From NCBI RefSeq assembly GCF_964355755.1, contig NC_092670.1, forward strand, positions 33,840,388 through 33,904,387: a stretch of DNA of 64,000 nucleotides, given 5' to 3'. A model generated the notes under the pieces. That model was not told the origin of the DNA. It made no database searches and was given only the letters and a program-made list of their open reading frames with translations. The DNA comes from Antedon mediterranea (lineage: Eukaryota > Animalia > Echinodermata). Numbering within the stretch: position 1 is the stretch's first letter; each line of letters begins with the position of its first letter. Positions 50,701-63,779 of this stretch are shown piece after piece. The translations under genes and the position numbers were made by a program.

Positions 50701-53700
50701 TGCAATATAACCACATAAATTTATAGGGCTATAATTACGTTATAAAACGGCATGGACTGGGGTGACGATACATGGGTTGGGGCAAGTAGGGTCCAGTCAT
50801 TGCATAAAAATACCACTTGCCCTGGTCCATGCCGTCTAGCTGCCATTTTATGCAATTTTAAAACGTTACTACAATTTTACGTTTTTGTAAAAAATGCAAT
50901 ATAACCACATGATTTATAAGGCTATAATTACGTTATAAACGGCATGGACCGGGGTGACGATACATTGGTTAGGGCAAGTAGTAGTAGTCAATGCATAAAA
51001 TTACCACTTGCCCCAACCCATGTATCGTCACCCCGGTCCATGCCGTTTTATAACGTAATTATAGCCCTATAAATTTATGTGGTTATATTGCATTTTTTTA
51101 TAAAAATGTTAAAATTGTAGTTATGTTTTAAAATTGCATAAAATGGCAGCTAGACGGCATGGACCTGGGCAAGTGGTATTTTTCTGAAATGAGTTTACCC
51201 TACTTGCCCTAACCCATGTATCATCACCCCGGTCCATGCCGTTTATAATGTAATTATAGCCCTATATATCATGCATTTATATTGCATTTTTTATAAAAAA
51301 AATTTAAATTGTAGTAACGTTTTAAAATTGCATAAAATGGAAGCTAGACGGCATGGACCAGGGCAAGTGGTATTTTTATGCAATAACTGGACCCTACTTG
51401 CCCCAACCCATGTATCGTCGCCCCAACCCATGTATCGTCACCCTGGTCCATGCCGTTTTATAACGTAATTATAGCCCTATAAATTTATGCATTTATATTG
51501 CATTTTTTATAAAAATGTTAAAATTGTAGTAATGTTTTAAAATTGCATAAAATGGCAGCTAGACGGCATGGACCGGGGCAATTTTTACTTGAAATGACTG
51601 GACCCTACTTGTCCCAACCCACGTATCGTCACCCCGGTCCATGCCGTTTATAACGTAATTATAGCCTAATTATGAGTGAAGAAATAAGTGAACAAAATAC
51701 AATGAACAAAAATGTAAAATAATGATTAACAGCAAAGAACAATCAATGTTTCAAAGTTTATATCATCAAACAAAAAAAATTCAAGATTCAATTTGCTTGA
51801 AAGTGTGAAAAGAGTGCCATAAACTGATGGTACATCCTTGGCTAACCAAATGGGGTAGTCAAATGGTGTACAGATGTTTACCTAAGTAATAATTATTTTG
51901 TATGGAGCATGAAAATATAATTAAAGCATTGTTATAGTCTTAAATAATCTGACAGTGAAACCCATAGTATTAAGAGGTAAATTTGGTAGTGATATAATGT
52001 CGACAATACATCTACACTGTATAGAAATACCAGAATTGTTGAAGTAAGCCAACTTTGAAATGAGCTAGAAAGCAAACCAAAAATAATATATCTCCAATTT
52101 TTTTATATTATGTAAATATCATGTAGGAGATAATTTTCACAAAATTTCATCTAAAAAAAATTTGTCCCACAAGGTCAAATCCTAGGTCAAATGGAATAGA
52201 ATAAGTTATACATCTTTTAAATAGTTCTATCTCAAAAGTAAATAGAAGATTTGGATAGCTTTAACAATTAGCTTTTCAAAGATACCTGTCAAAACAAAAT
52301 CGGTCCACACGTTACGAAGATACGGTCATTTAAGTATAGCCCGCCGCGTCGATTTTGCGCAAAATCGCAAAGAAACGACGGCGCGTAGCGCGCGAACCGT
52401 TGGTCGTATGGCGCTCAAATTAAACATTTCAGGTTTTTTGGCTAAAAATAACCCAAAAACCAAATTTGAGCAAATTTGAAGAAAGTAGGGTTTAAAATGT
52501 CATTTTTTTTGGGTGATTTGGTATGGAATGACCCCATTGTATAAATTCATCTTTTTTATCTGGCACTTTTCCAACACACTTAAAACTAGCTAAAGTTGTG
52601 CCCATTTTCAAGAAAGGTGAACGAAGTCAATTATCTAATTACCGGCCAATATCACTACTTTCAGTGTTTTCCAAAATTATTGAAAAACTCATGTATTCTA
52701 AACTTTCTGATTATCTCACAAAATTTGATATACTTAATAAACGCCAATATGGTTTTCGAAAAAATCACTCTACATCCCATGCCGTTTTAGATCTTATTAA
52801 TAATATTACAAATTCATTTGAATCAAAAGAAAATTTATTAAGTTTATTTATTGATCTTTCAAAGGCCTTCGATGTTATTAATCACGATAATTTAATTAAG
52901 AAACTTGAGTGCTATGGAATTAGAGGTATTTCATTGAATTGGTTTAATAGTTATTTGAAAGATAGAAAACAATATGTTGCATTAGGATCTTGTACATCGT
53001 CGACGATGGATATTACTTGCGGACTGCCACAGGGATCTGTGCTTGGGCCATTGCTCTTCCTTATTTATGTTAATGATCTGGCTAATGTCAGTAACAAATT
53101 GCAAGTAATATCCTTCGCCGACGACACCACCTTATTTTACTCTAATTCCAATATTGATTTATTATTTACTACATTCAATGATCAATTAACAAAATTTTGT
53201 GACTGGTTTATTTCAAACAAATTACTTATTAATACTCTTAAAACAAATTATTTAATTTTTCACAATTCTCAACGTAAACTAAAAGTTGATGACCTAAATA
53301 TACTTCTTGACGGAATTCAAATTGAACACAAAACTGAAACACTTTTTTTAGGTGTATATATTCATGAAAACCTCAAATGGACCAGTCATCAAAATTACGT
53401 TTCGAAAAAAATATCAAGATCTATTAGTATTATTAACAGACTTAAGCACTTCTTCCCTCTAAATATTTTAATTTCTCTTTATAACACACTTGTACTTCCT
53501 TATTTCCAGTATTGTAACATTATTTGGGCTGCAGATTACTCTTCTAATATTGCTAGATTAACTAAATTACAAAAACGTGCAGCTAGAATTATTACTTTTT
53601 CACCATATAGAACCTCATCTGAACCCCTTTTTAAACGTCTTGGTATATTAAAATTAACGGATATCCACAATGTTCAAGTTGCCAGTTTTATTTTTAATTA

Positions 53701-55347
53701 TTTTAAAAACCAACTTCCTATTTCTATGATTGATATGCTCTGTAAACGTACCAAATTTCACAATTACATTTTAAGAACTTCTCATTTAAACATTCCTTTT
53801 GCTAGACTTACTAAAACTAAATTTTTTATAACTATATCAGGTCCTAATTTGTGGAATCATATCCCACCAAATATCAAAACGTCAATATCATTATTTACTT
53901 TCCGAAAAAAGTTAAAGAATCATTATATATCTAAATATTATACTGCTTGTTAATATGCTTATTATCATTATTTATACTCATATACTATTTATGTCTTACA
54001 CAAAATATTAGTTGTTGTTTATTATTGCAATCTTTAATTTATACTATATATAATGTATATATAGTATATACTATATATATACTGGAATTATAATTTATGT
54101 ATACATATTTTTTTTTTCATTTACCAATATCGGTAGTTATTTCATTTATAATTATCATGAAACTATTGAAATATAATTTAAATAATTTTTATAAAGAAGA
54201 TGTTAGTTATGTTATTATACTGTAATTTTTTATCCTAAATTATATAATTATATATTCTAGGTTATTTTTATTTTTTATTTTTTTAGTAATGTGTTTTGTT
54301 GTGGGTCCCTACGAGACAAGTTTTTAACTTCTAGAAGGGATCCATGATAATAATGACTACCAATTACTGCTTTATCTATGTTCACTTTAATATCTTTTTT
54401 CTATTTTGTATATATTCATTCATTATTATCTAAATAAATATTATCTGAAGCATTAAATGCAAAATGTGCAAAATAGATCAAAAACTATACTCGTTTTGTA
54501 GTTACGAATATGACTGGTGATATTCGTCAACACGAATACGCCTTACGAATATGAAATGGGGATCAGCTCAAAAGTTTCACAAATGTGTGACGTATCCGTT
54601 TTCGTTATCGTATTCGTATGGTTGCGAAAACTCCCTAATATATCATGCATTTTCTCCTTTAGAAACACCCTTTTGAAAGACTAAAATAATTTTTTTTTAA
54701 ATTGTGTTCATTTTTTTTTTAGCTATTGTTGTTTTACAGGGAGCTACAGTTCTAGATTTGAAGAAAGCAATTGCTCGTTACATCAGTTTAAAATTTAACA
54801 GAGAAGGACTTAAGAAGTTTATTAGTTGGTAAATTGTTTGATGATGATTAATTTAATTAATTAATACAAACCTTCTCTGACCGTATCCACCAATCACATG
54901 GAGATTTAGTAAAATATTTAGTATTTGAGGGAAATATCTCAGCAGAGTGATTGGTGCCTACAAATCCACTGAATACATAAAAGTATATAAATCAAAGTAG
55001 AATTCATTACTTTTAGAATTTGAAAATTCTGATTTTAAGATCATCTAATATGGTACTACTCCAAATCGATAAACATTTTTACAATGCGTGATTTTGTTTT
55101 AACAGGCGATACATATGGAGAACGTACTGGTTGTCATTCGGCGGTCAAAATTTGACGCAGGATAATAAATTAATCAAAGAGTGAGTTTTAAATTTAAACT
55201 AATTGACTCATTATATTTACACACGTTATATTTTGATTGATATGCTAAATAATATTATACTATTTTATTCTTTTTAGTTATGGAATTAAGAACAAAGATC
55301 CTATCACGTTTGTCAAGAGGTTAAAGAACAAAGGAATAGGATACTAA
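47774..55347 (+). CDS. SNRNP25: U11/U12 snRNP 25 kDa protein, 186 aa; join(47774..48083,54723..54828,55106..55180,55278..55347)
   Basis: DPLLCDLPIDVTPEEVGLQVALEYGQAMLLNVCREDGEVM|PIVVLQGATVLDLKKAIARYI...FISW|RYIWRTYWLSFGGQNLTQDNKLIKD|YGIKNKDPITFVKRLK matches the SNRNP25 ubiquitin-like fold. GT-AG introns, 561 nt. The start codon is less certain. Confidence 0.94.
48615..54445 (+). mobile_element. 5'-truncated L2/CR1-type LINE (APE remnant + RT), split by the foldback element
   Basis: GDFNIDLL, PTRIT..SATLIDH, SDHLPIF (endonuclease); [30 protein letters not shown] (RT). Removing 49672-52538 restores one open frame 48660-53953 (808 aa). Outer boundaries are approximate. Confidence 0.9.
49672..52534. 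mobile_element. 2863-bp foldback (palindromic) DNA element, possibly Sola-type
   Basis: TIR starts GGGTCATTCCAT. About 860-bp near-identical inverted arms enclose inverted arrays of a ~195-bp unit. 4-bp TSD CATT; no coding capacity. Confidence 0.9.
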
Positions 55348-57089
55348 ACTAAAATGTATGTGTCAGAGGTTAAAGGTCACATGATTAATATGCTACATTA
55401 TTTTTGTAATTTCAACAGAGAGGACAAAGGTCAGAGTTTGCCGAATAAGTTCAATGTACATACATACTGTATCTAAATAACATTCAACTACTGTAGTTTT
55501 CCAAACAGGATAATTTGTTGCAGAATATATTCACAGGTTATTTAATGTTGTTACTAACAACTAAACCCATTTTATTTATATATAAAATACTAGATAAGCA
55601 TTTTGTAAATAAATTGTTAACCATGAAATAAAGTGTACTATACAGTTAGTGACAAATTCAATATCATTCCCTCTTTATTTCTAAAAAAGTGTTCAAAAAC
55701 TACTATTTTCATTATTTGTTGATAGAAAGCTGCATTTTAGGTATCTTTACGAATCTAAAACATTGGTAAAAGAAACATAGTAGCAGTATAATGTAAAAGT
55801 GCAGCCCCTGAATAATCTGTTATTATTATTATATACAATTATTATATTAATAGATACCTGTACTGTTATAACTGTTAGCACAGCCAAATATTTAAATTGA
55901 TCATTAAAAATAAGCGCCTTCATTTTGCACCCTCTACTAATAATTCTATTTTTACATTAAAATGCAATATTAATAAGTAATTACTATACACTTATTATTA
56001 AACAGATAATAATGACCTATATAGGCATATATACAATGTTAATTGTATTTAATAGAAATATGAAATTTTTAATATATTCCAACAAAAAACATGATATTGC
56101 AATTATTAAATGCAGTATTTTAAAATATTTTACTGTTGTATTTAAAAAGTATAATAAATTAATCTAAACATTAATGTCTGATATTAAATTACTTTACTAT
56201 AATATCTATAAATTATAATTCTCTACAAGTTATGTTTATACCTTACACACACAATTTATGCTTCAATAATATAAAGAAAAGTATATAAATATGTTTTAAA
56301 AACCAGCAATATTCATACCATTATCTAAAATAAACTATACCCTATTATAACCAAATGGCACTGTATATTGGCACAGTAAATATTTTAATGCTTGTTTGAT
56401 GAAATCCTAGTCATATACAAAGACAAGTTTATTTTCCTTTTTAAATTGGTATTCAAATAATACAGAGGTGTTGATAAAACCAGTGAAGATTCCCTGATAA
56501 AACAAATTATAAAACATGCATGTAATTTCCTAGGTAAACAGCGACAGAGATTTTTCAAATATGTCTTATAGTACATTGGGCCATATTGCATTTTTATCAG
56601 TTTATGAAAGAACGAATTAGAAGGTTACCTCGTATTCGATTTTAGATCACTTTAGATTATTGCACTGTAGGGTCTGATTTATTTAACATGTACTACATGT
56701 AATAGTTGGGCCAGTAAAATATATAGCTACAAGCCCAATGAGCTAGTAAAAAAATATTGAAAAAATCCTTAAAACAAAATGAGTTGTTATATTTTTACAG
56801 CACTTTATATTTGATGAAAATACACATCTATATTATAACCTAGTATAGTTCCATGTGTTTTGGAAATATGCAAAATTAAAGGGGTGGGATTACACTCAGT
56901 GCATTAACAATGGCTTGTGTCCAAATTTAAACTACATTAGACAGTGGGAGTATACTTACGCTTGAGTTGTATGCAGTCATATACTGTACAGTAAAACTTC
57001 AATAATGAACAAAGCAATGTGAAGACAAACTACAGTAGATGAATACATTAGTGAATGAACAACATAAAGACATACACTGTAGGCCTACC

Positions 57090-58060
57090 TGTCACATAGT
57101 CTAGCAAAACTCTAGGTGCACACCAACCATACAGATCACTAGTGTTGACATTGTCTACCTCTTTCACATCATCTTGCAAAACTCTAGGTGCACACCAACC
57201 ATACAAATCACTGGTGTTGACATTGTCTACCTCTTTCACATCATCTTGCAAAACTCTAGGTGCACACCAACCATACAAATCACTGGTGTTGACATTGTCT
57301 ACCTCTTCCACATCATCTTGCAAAACACTGGGCGCACACCAACCATACAAATCACTGGTGTTGACATTGTCTACCTCTTTCACATAATCTAGCAAAACAC
57401 TGGGCGCACACCAACCATACAAATCACTGGTGTTGACATTGTCTACCTCTTTCACATCATCTTGCAAAACTCTAGGTGCACACCAACCATACAAATCACT
57501 GGTGTTGACATTGTCTACCTCTTTCACATCATCTTGCAAAACACTGGGCGCACACCAACCATACAAATCACTGGTGTTGACATTGTCTACCTCTTTCACA
57601 TAATCTAGCAAAACACTGGGCGCACACCAACCATACAAATCACTGGTGTTGACATTGTCTACCTCTTTCACATCATCTTGCAAAACTCTAGGTGCACACC
57701 AACCATACAAATCACTGGTGTTGACATTGTCTACCTCTTTCACATCATCTTGCAAAACTCTAGGTGTACACCAACCATACAAATCACTGGTGTTGACATC
57801 GCCTACCTCTTTCACATCATCTTGCAAAACTCTAGATGCACACCAACCATACAAATCACTGGTGTTGACATTGTCTACCTCTTTCACATCATCTTGCAAA
57901 ACTCTAGGTGCACACCAACCATACAGATCACTGGTCTTGACATCGCCTACCTCTTTCACATAATCTAGCAAAACACTGGGCGCACACCAACCATACAGAT
58001 CACTGGTCTTGACATCGCCTACCTCTTTCACATAATCTAGCAATACTCTAGGTGCACCCA
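57090..58060. repeat. 63-bp minisatellite, ~15 highly similar copies
   Basis: Unit CTTGCAAAACTCTAGGTGCACACCAACCATACAAATCACTGGTGTTGACATTGTCTACCTCTTTCACATCAT-like; gives a 21-aa periodicity in several frames. Confidence 0.95.
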
Positions 58061-58299
58061 CAAATCACTGTTGACATCTCGGCATGTGTAAACTCCAGAG
58101 TTTTGCTAGATAATGTGAAGGGGATAACATAATTACAAACTGATTTATAAGTTTATGTGAGAACTAGCATGCACTGATGTTTGGAACTCATATTTGTTTC
58201 AGATACAGGCTAAAAAAACACTTCTTCCTATCTGTATTGGCATTCCAAGTCAATTGTTTGCTTTGAGCCTAAACAAATTTCCCACACACAGCCATCTAT

Positions 58300-61200
58300 T
58301 TAGTTGAGCTCAATGTCGATATGAATCTCATCGCCATCCACCATATTGTATCGGCTCAGTGGAAGAGACTCTAAAAACAGTTCCTCATAATCATCGTCTT
58401 CCATTGCTGCAGAATTCTTCTTGGAAATGTGGAAGAGACGCATCATACTAAAAAAAAATACATAAATTTACAGTTATTGTTTCTTTGTTTAGTATTCTAT
58501 TACCCGGTATATTATTTTTATTCGTAAAACTGAATGTAAGCGTAATATACTGTAGGTACTGTATGACACGCCATGTGTGCAATAATATTTTTTTTATAAA
58601 TATTAATTTTAATCACCATATAGAACCTATACTAAGCATTTATATAAATGAGGTATACAGGGTCAATGACCTCCAGAAACTTGTGCTTCATAGTACAAGT
58701 GAAAAGAAAAAGGGTCAAATTTTAAGTTCTACAAACTTACTTTGGTGGCATTCGCAGTGTACCTGCACAGATTTTTTTCAGTTTCCCAACCGAATCTTTT
58801 GTTTGCATTTCTATAGTTTTGATACATTTATCATTCATCATTAAAGAAAGTCTGGCTGACGACTGGAAACCCTTAGCGAGATCTAGGTCTTTTGCTGGAA
58901 CTACTTTACCTGAAAAATAATACACAACAATGTGATAATGTAGTTTCAGGATTTGTAAAAGAAGTTCCAACTCAACTTCAATGAAATAAGAAATACTGTA
59001 CACTTTTGGAAAGACTGTCAGAATGAATTCGTAATATTAAAGTCTGTCAGAATGAATAATAATATTTAATAATAATAGAACATTCTAGTTTTGGCAAAAT
59101 TGAATGATATTGATTTTTTATATTTTTTGAAAAACTATTAATATTATGTTATAATGCACCCTCTGTTTGAAAAATCCTACATAATATATTTGTGGCCACA
59201 ACCCCTGAACAGGAAAAATACATATTGAACATATTGAAGTTTTGCATGGGAAAATCAATGTGTTGATATAGAGTTTGCTGTACACCATGTATGTATGTAC
59301 ACCAAATAATATTTTTAAACAAGACACTAAGGTGAGGTAACGTATCAATCACACAACAAAAAACATTTTTTTAATTAGATTATAGCTTCTTACCATACTT
59401 TTCAATAAGCTTGTAATATCGACTTGGAGGTTCAGCTTTATCGTTAAAGTACCTGATATAAAACCGTTCCGATTCTTCATGTTCTTCTGGGCCGACTTCA
59501 CTACCATTGAGTAACTTGATTTTTGGAAGACTAAGAAAGTAAAAGTGGCAGCTCTGTGATACTTTATAGTTCCTTAATTGTGTACATTGTTTGCTTGATA
59601 TGTGACTTTCTATTCTACACTACCACTATTTTGCAATACACATAGTAAAAAACTAATCAGAAATTCCTCAATTACAGTAGGCCTATACTACCTAAGGGTT
59701 CCAAATAACTATACTTAGGTTTAAATTAGGTTAAAATGATACAAACCTGGCTAAAATCATTCTCCTTCTGTCCTCCATGGAAGTGAATTCACTGCCCAGC
59801 GGTACATTCTGAAAAGTGTATACAAAACTTAATTAAATGTTAAGACAAAATGACGCTGTCATAAAAGTGTAGATAAAAACTGAATAAAAATTGTAAAAAA
59901 GTTAAGTTATTTACCTGTATCTTGAAAGAATACAAGTTTGGAAACTTATTTGCTTCCTCCAAATCCACCCAGTTAGCTATTTTTGTCTCACTCATGCATA
60001 AAACTTTGAGACCTGGAAATGGGGGTGGGTCATCATCTTTGTCATCCTCTAAAGGAATAGCTCTTTCAGAAGAAGCTGGATTGTCTACTTGAGAGTCAAC
60101 AGAACTTTCAGTGAAAATCGTGTTTGGTAGGTACCTCGAATTATCAGTGGTTTGCTGGCATATGCATACGTGTTTATCAAGTGAAAGGGAGTGATTCGGA
60201 CATGTTTGCTCTCCTATCCATGTCTCGGGACTAGACCATTGGTGAGCCAGGGCATCCTGAAAATCTGCAGCACATTTTGTTATAAGGTCATCTACAAGCT
60301 GACCAATTTCCAAATCTTTTTCATCGTAATCTGACCCTGCACTTCCGTAACATGAATCCGAGTCCGAAACATTTTTAAATAATGTTTGTTTCCTCTGTAA
60401 TGCAAATGGAATATTCCTGGTCTGCTTTTGTTCAATCTGTTTGGGTTTTACTATAGCTGTCAGCCTCCTTGGAGATTGTACTTTTTTGACAGGGCTGTAG
60501 ACAATGTTTTGAACAGGATTTCCAGACAAAATCAAAGTTTGTAGTGAGGCAATACCAGACAGTTTTGAAATTTCCTCCCATCTAAAAAAAACAAATAAAA
60601 TTACAATATAAACAAATCATATTTTTCGTTCTCGTAAACCTTGGTTCCAAATGTCAACATCCATCACAAGTTTGACCAATCATGACGCAATGGATCATCC
60701 AAACTGTCGCTTGTGATTAGTCAACTCACTTGCGTTGCTCCTACGACATTGCATTGGTGGGAACCAAGCTCTGAAACACTTTATTACACAATTTATTTTA
60801 GGAGGGACCTGATTTATCAAAGGAGCTTAGTAAAGAATTCATCTTAACTTTGTTTTAAGCAAATGACTTTGCTCAAGTCAGTTTTCAAAATAAGCTAAGC
60901 AAATATTTTTGCATATTTCTTTTCTTTAATCCTAGACGATGAAGTCCATGCTATAAGATAAAAGGTTTGATAAATAAAGCCTCGGGTTTCACTTAAGAAC
61001 TTTACTAAATTGTTTGTATTTTTATAATTGTACATACATTAGCATTTGAACCTGTTTGTATATTGATATAAATTAAAGATGTAAAAAAATGAAAAATAAA
61101 GATTAATTAAATCAGACTTTGAATACCTTATTTTGTAGTTAATATAAAGTTATCACTTCCATAGAAAAAAAACGGAAAAAAAATAATGTTTTCACTTGTA

Positions 61201-63779
61201 AACTGACAAAATAAATGGTTAAATTCAATAAAAAATCCATTGGCTGGCTGCCAATTTGACAATTTTTTGCTTTAAATTACATTTTTTTCAGGTAAATACA
61301 TTTTTTTTAGACCCAATTTTTGGTCAAAGTGGATAACTATTACGTCACATTAAAATGGAATATTCAACAAAGTTTTTTTTAGGAATTATTTTTTCAGGAG
61401 GACAATACATTTTATAGTTATTTTTTAATTTTATAGAACTTGAAATTTTATTGCAATTTTTTTACTGTATCTTTATAGTAGTTTTTATAAATGTTGTAAT
61501 GTATGTATTTTTGTACTATTTGTATTGTCGAGGGCCTCAATAATCAGCTTTGCTGGATAGGCTACCCTCATGAAACATGGTTCAATAAAATTGACTTGAT
61601 TGATAATTTGTCAATGTGACCCCCACTAATATAGAAAATAACAATTATTATTAGTAGTACTCGACCTCTCTAGTATTAAATATATTTTGTATGCTGTAGT
61701 GAGTCTATTGTAGTTACCGTTTTAAACAGTTGTGGTTGAGTCTCATACACTCCAGTCCTTTAAAACAACTTGCAAGCTCATTTGGTTCGATATTAATAGA
61801 ATGATAATCTACAAAACAATGTAAACAAAAATAATTAAATTGTATACTTTAATAAATTAAAAGAAAATGCTTATCGGAAAATTCAGGGAAGTTTAAAATG
61901 TGTAGAAAAAAGATATAACACCACTTTAATATGCAGGCACCTGTCATGTCCAACATCCGTGTTGTGACGAAACAATAGTCACAAGAAAAGTGTTTGTATT
62001 TAGTCAAATTTCCAAGAATAACCAAAGTAGAATTCATTCAAATATCCTCAGTGACATCCTGTTCACATGAAAAACATACAGTAAGATGCTCCTATACAAA
62101 TCTTAAGCTCTGTCTACACTACCAAACTAGTTTGACAAAAAGAAAGTGTTATGGCCCAAATATGGTAGTGATATGACATAATCATGTCCATATAATATGG
62201 GCACATCAAATGTTTTTGTAACATAAGCTTTGATAGTGTAGACAAGCTTTACACTAAGTTATTGGGAGTTTTTTTGTCATGAGAAGACATACTGTAGGAT
62301 AGGATTTGAATCTAGGAACCTGGAATTGGTAGCCTAGCACCTTAACCACCACAAAACTACAAAGAGGGCATTATTATATTGTTTGAAGGTTTGCATGGCG
62401 AAATCAAATGTTGATATAAAGTTTGTGGTACACCACGTATATTAGTTCTGAACTGTTGAGTTTCGATCAATATGCTTTGATCATCCTCTCCTCAATAATG
62501 CAATTTAGCATAAAAAGAAAGGCATGTACAAAATAATAACTGCTTACTATTATAGAACAAATGAATATCTCGTAAGGCAGGTAGGTGGTGCGCTAAGTTT
62601 ACAACTTCTTGCCAACGTACTCCTGTGTTGTTCAAAACGATTGAGTTCAGCTTACAATGATCATGGTCAAGATTCTGCAGACAACGCTGTCAACAGAATG
62701 TTTCAAAAATGAGCTTTAATATAAATAGAGAAATAACCTGTGAATTGCAGCCTACTTGGCTGAATTGCACACACAGGTGTGGACGACACGTACCACAACT
62801 TTCTACTCCCTAGGGGTCCCTTCGTGTCGAGTGCTGCCACCAAATGGCGCCTGTTCACAACGACAGGAACTGAATGGACCAGTATACCGGGGTAACCCCC
62901 ACTCTTCCGAAAGATGTACCGGGTTTTTAAAAGTGCACACAAGCCAGATGTGTACACAGGACATTTAGTTTTAAGTCCTTATCCGCCGGGAAAACTCCCA
63001 CCACCAGAACAATGGTCAAGAAGTGGGTCTGGGTATGAAATTTAAGGACAATTAGGCTGGGATCATACTCAGATTTCATTAACAATGGAATTTACCAAAG
63101 TCATATTTTTAATTTTAGCATAAATTAGGAGTAAGGTGGTGAGGTAAGGTGGGATTTATATTCAACCTAGGATTATACTCGTACCATTTATTCGGTACTA
63201 ATTATTCATAAAAAAAAAAACAGAACTTGATCTGCAGTTCATATTAGAACTCACACAAAAAATTAGGCACATACAGTACACATAAAACATATTTAAACAA
63301 CACTGCTACAAACAGCTAATTTACATAGGAAGCATGAACAGTATGGCAACCAAAAAGGGCATTACATCACAACCAAAATAAAGTATGACCTAATGTATCA
63401 GTTACAGCACAGTGACATAGACGGCTATGAAGACTCACTGGCTAAACCCAGGGGCCCCGCAACTTATGGGGGCCCCTGAGCAGTGCCAAGAAGAAAATAT
63501 ATTAAAAAGGGCTAAAAACGCCCAAGGCCTTTAGCATTGGAGGGGCCTCTGGCCTCTACATTACGCCACTGTTACCGCAATACCAACCTGGTTGTGTCGA
63601 AGTCTGTTTGAGCTGATATTTAAGAATTCCAACTTTGGTAGATTATCCAATAAGCATATTACTTCTGACCAAGAATCAATGAAGTTTTCGGAAAGGTCAA
63701 GGTCAACGACATTCGGACAGATTTTCTGATTTTCAATAGTTGGAAATCCGCAGGAACTAATTTGGTAGTTCATTAACAC
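58300..63779 (-). CDS. TBCEL: Tubulin-specific chaperone cofactor E-like protein (LRR + C-terminal ubiquitin-like), 5' end outside window; exons 63588..63779, 62548..62686 (or 62674), 61718..61808, 59915..60581, 59747..59808, 59394..59530, 58741..58909, 58300..58447
   Basis: LRRs: CPNVVDLDLSENFIDSWSEVICLLDNLPKLEFLNISSNRL, SIVLNNTGVRWQEV...LPALRDIHL, WEEISKL...LQTLILSGNPV. LRR cap: RRMILASLPKIKLLNGSEV..EEHEESERFYIRYF...RYYKLIEKYG. UBL end: LPLSRYNMVDGDEIHI. Intron phases are consistent. It could be a TBCEL paralogue. Confidence 0.85.
63410..63571. mobile_element. hAT-like MITE, inverted relative of 21149-21334
   Basis: CAGTGAC...TTACGCCACTG termini; flanks TTACAGCA/TTACCGCA (8-bp TSD, 1 mismatch). 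Confidence 0.7.

Larger units (their letters stand above)
48362..54636. mobile_element. PIF/Harbinger-like MITE (host of the nested LINE and foldback)
   Basis: TIR AGGGAG(G/T)TTTCGCAA..TACGAATACGATAACGAAAACGGATACGTCAC at both ends; 3-bp TSD AAT. Confidence 0.82.

Noticed and set aside
48660-53953. Two separate RT/endonuclease genes, or a domesticated or prokaryotic RT system (retron, DGR)
   Set aside because: They are halves of one ordinary LINE ORF2 split by an insertion with a 4-bp TSD.
47774-55347. U12-type introns in SNRNP25 or neighbours
   Set aside because: All modelled donors are ordinary GT types; no RTATCCTT signature was seen.
57090-58060. Regular repeats resembling a CRISPR array
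   Set aside because: Units are contiguous with no unique spacers, there are no cas genes, and the context is eukaryotic; it is a minisatellite.
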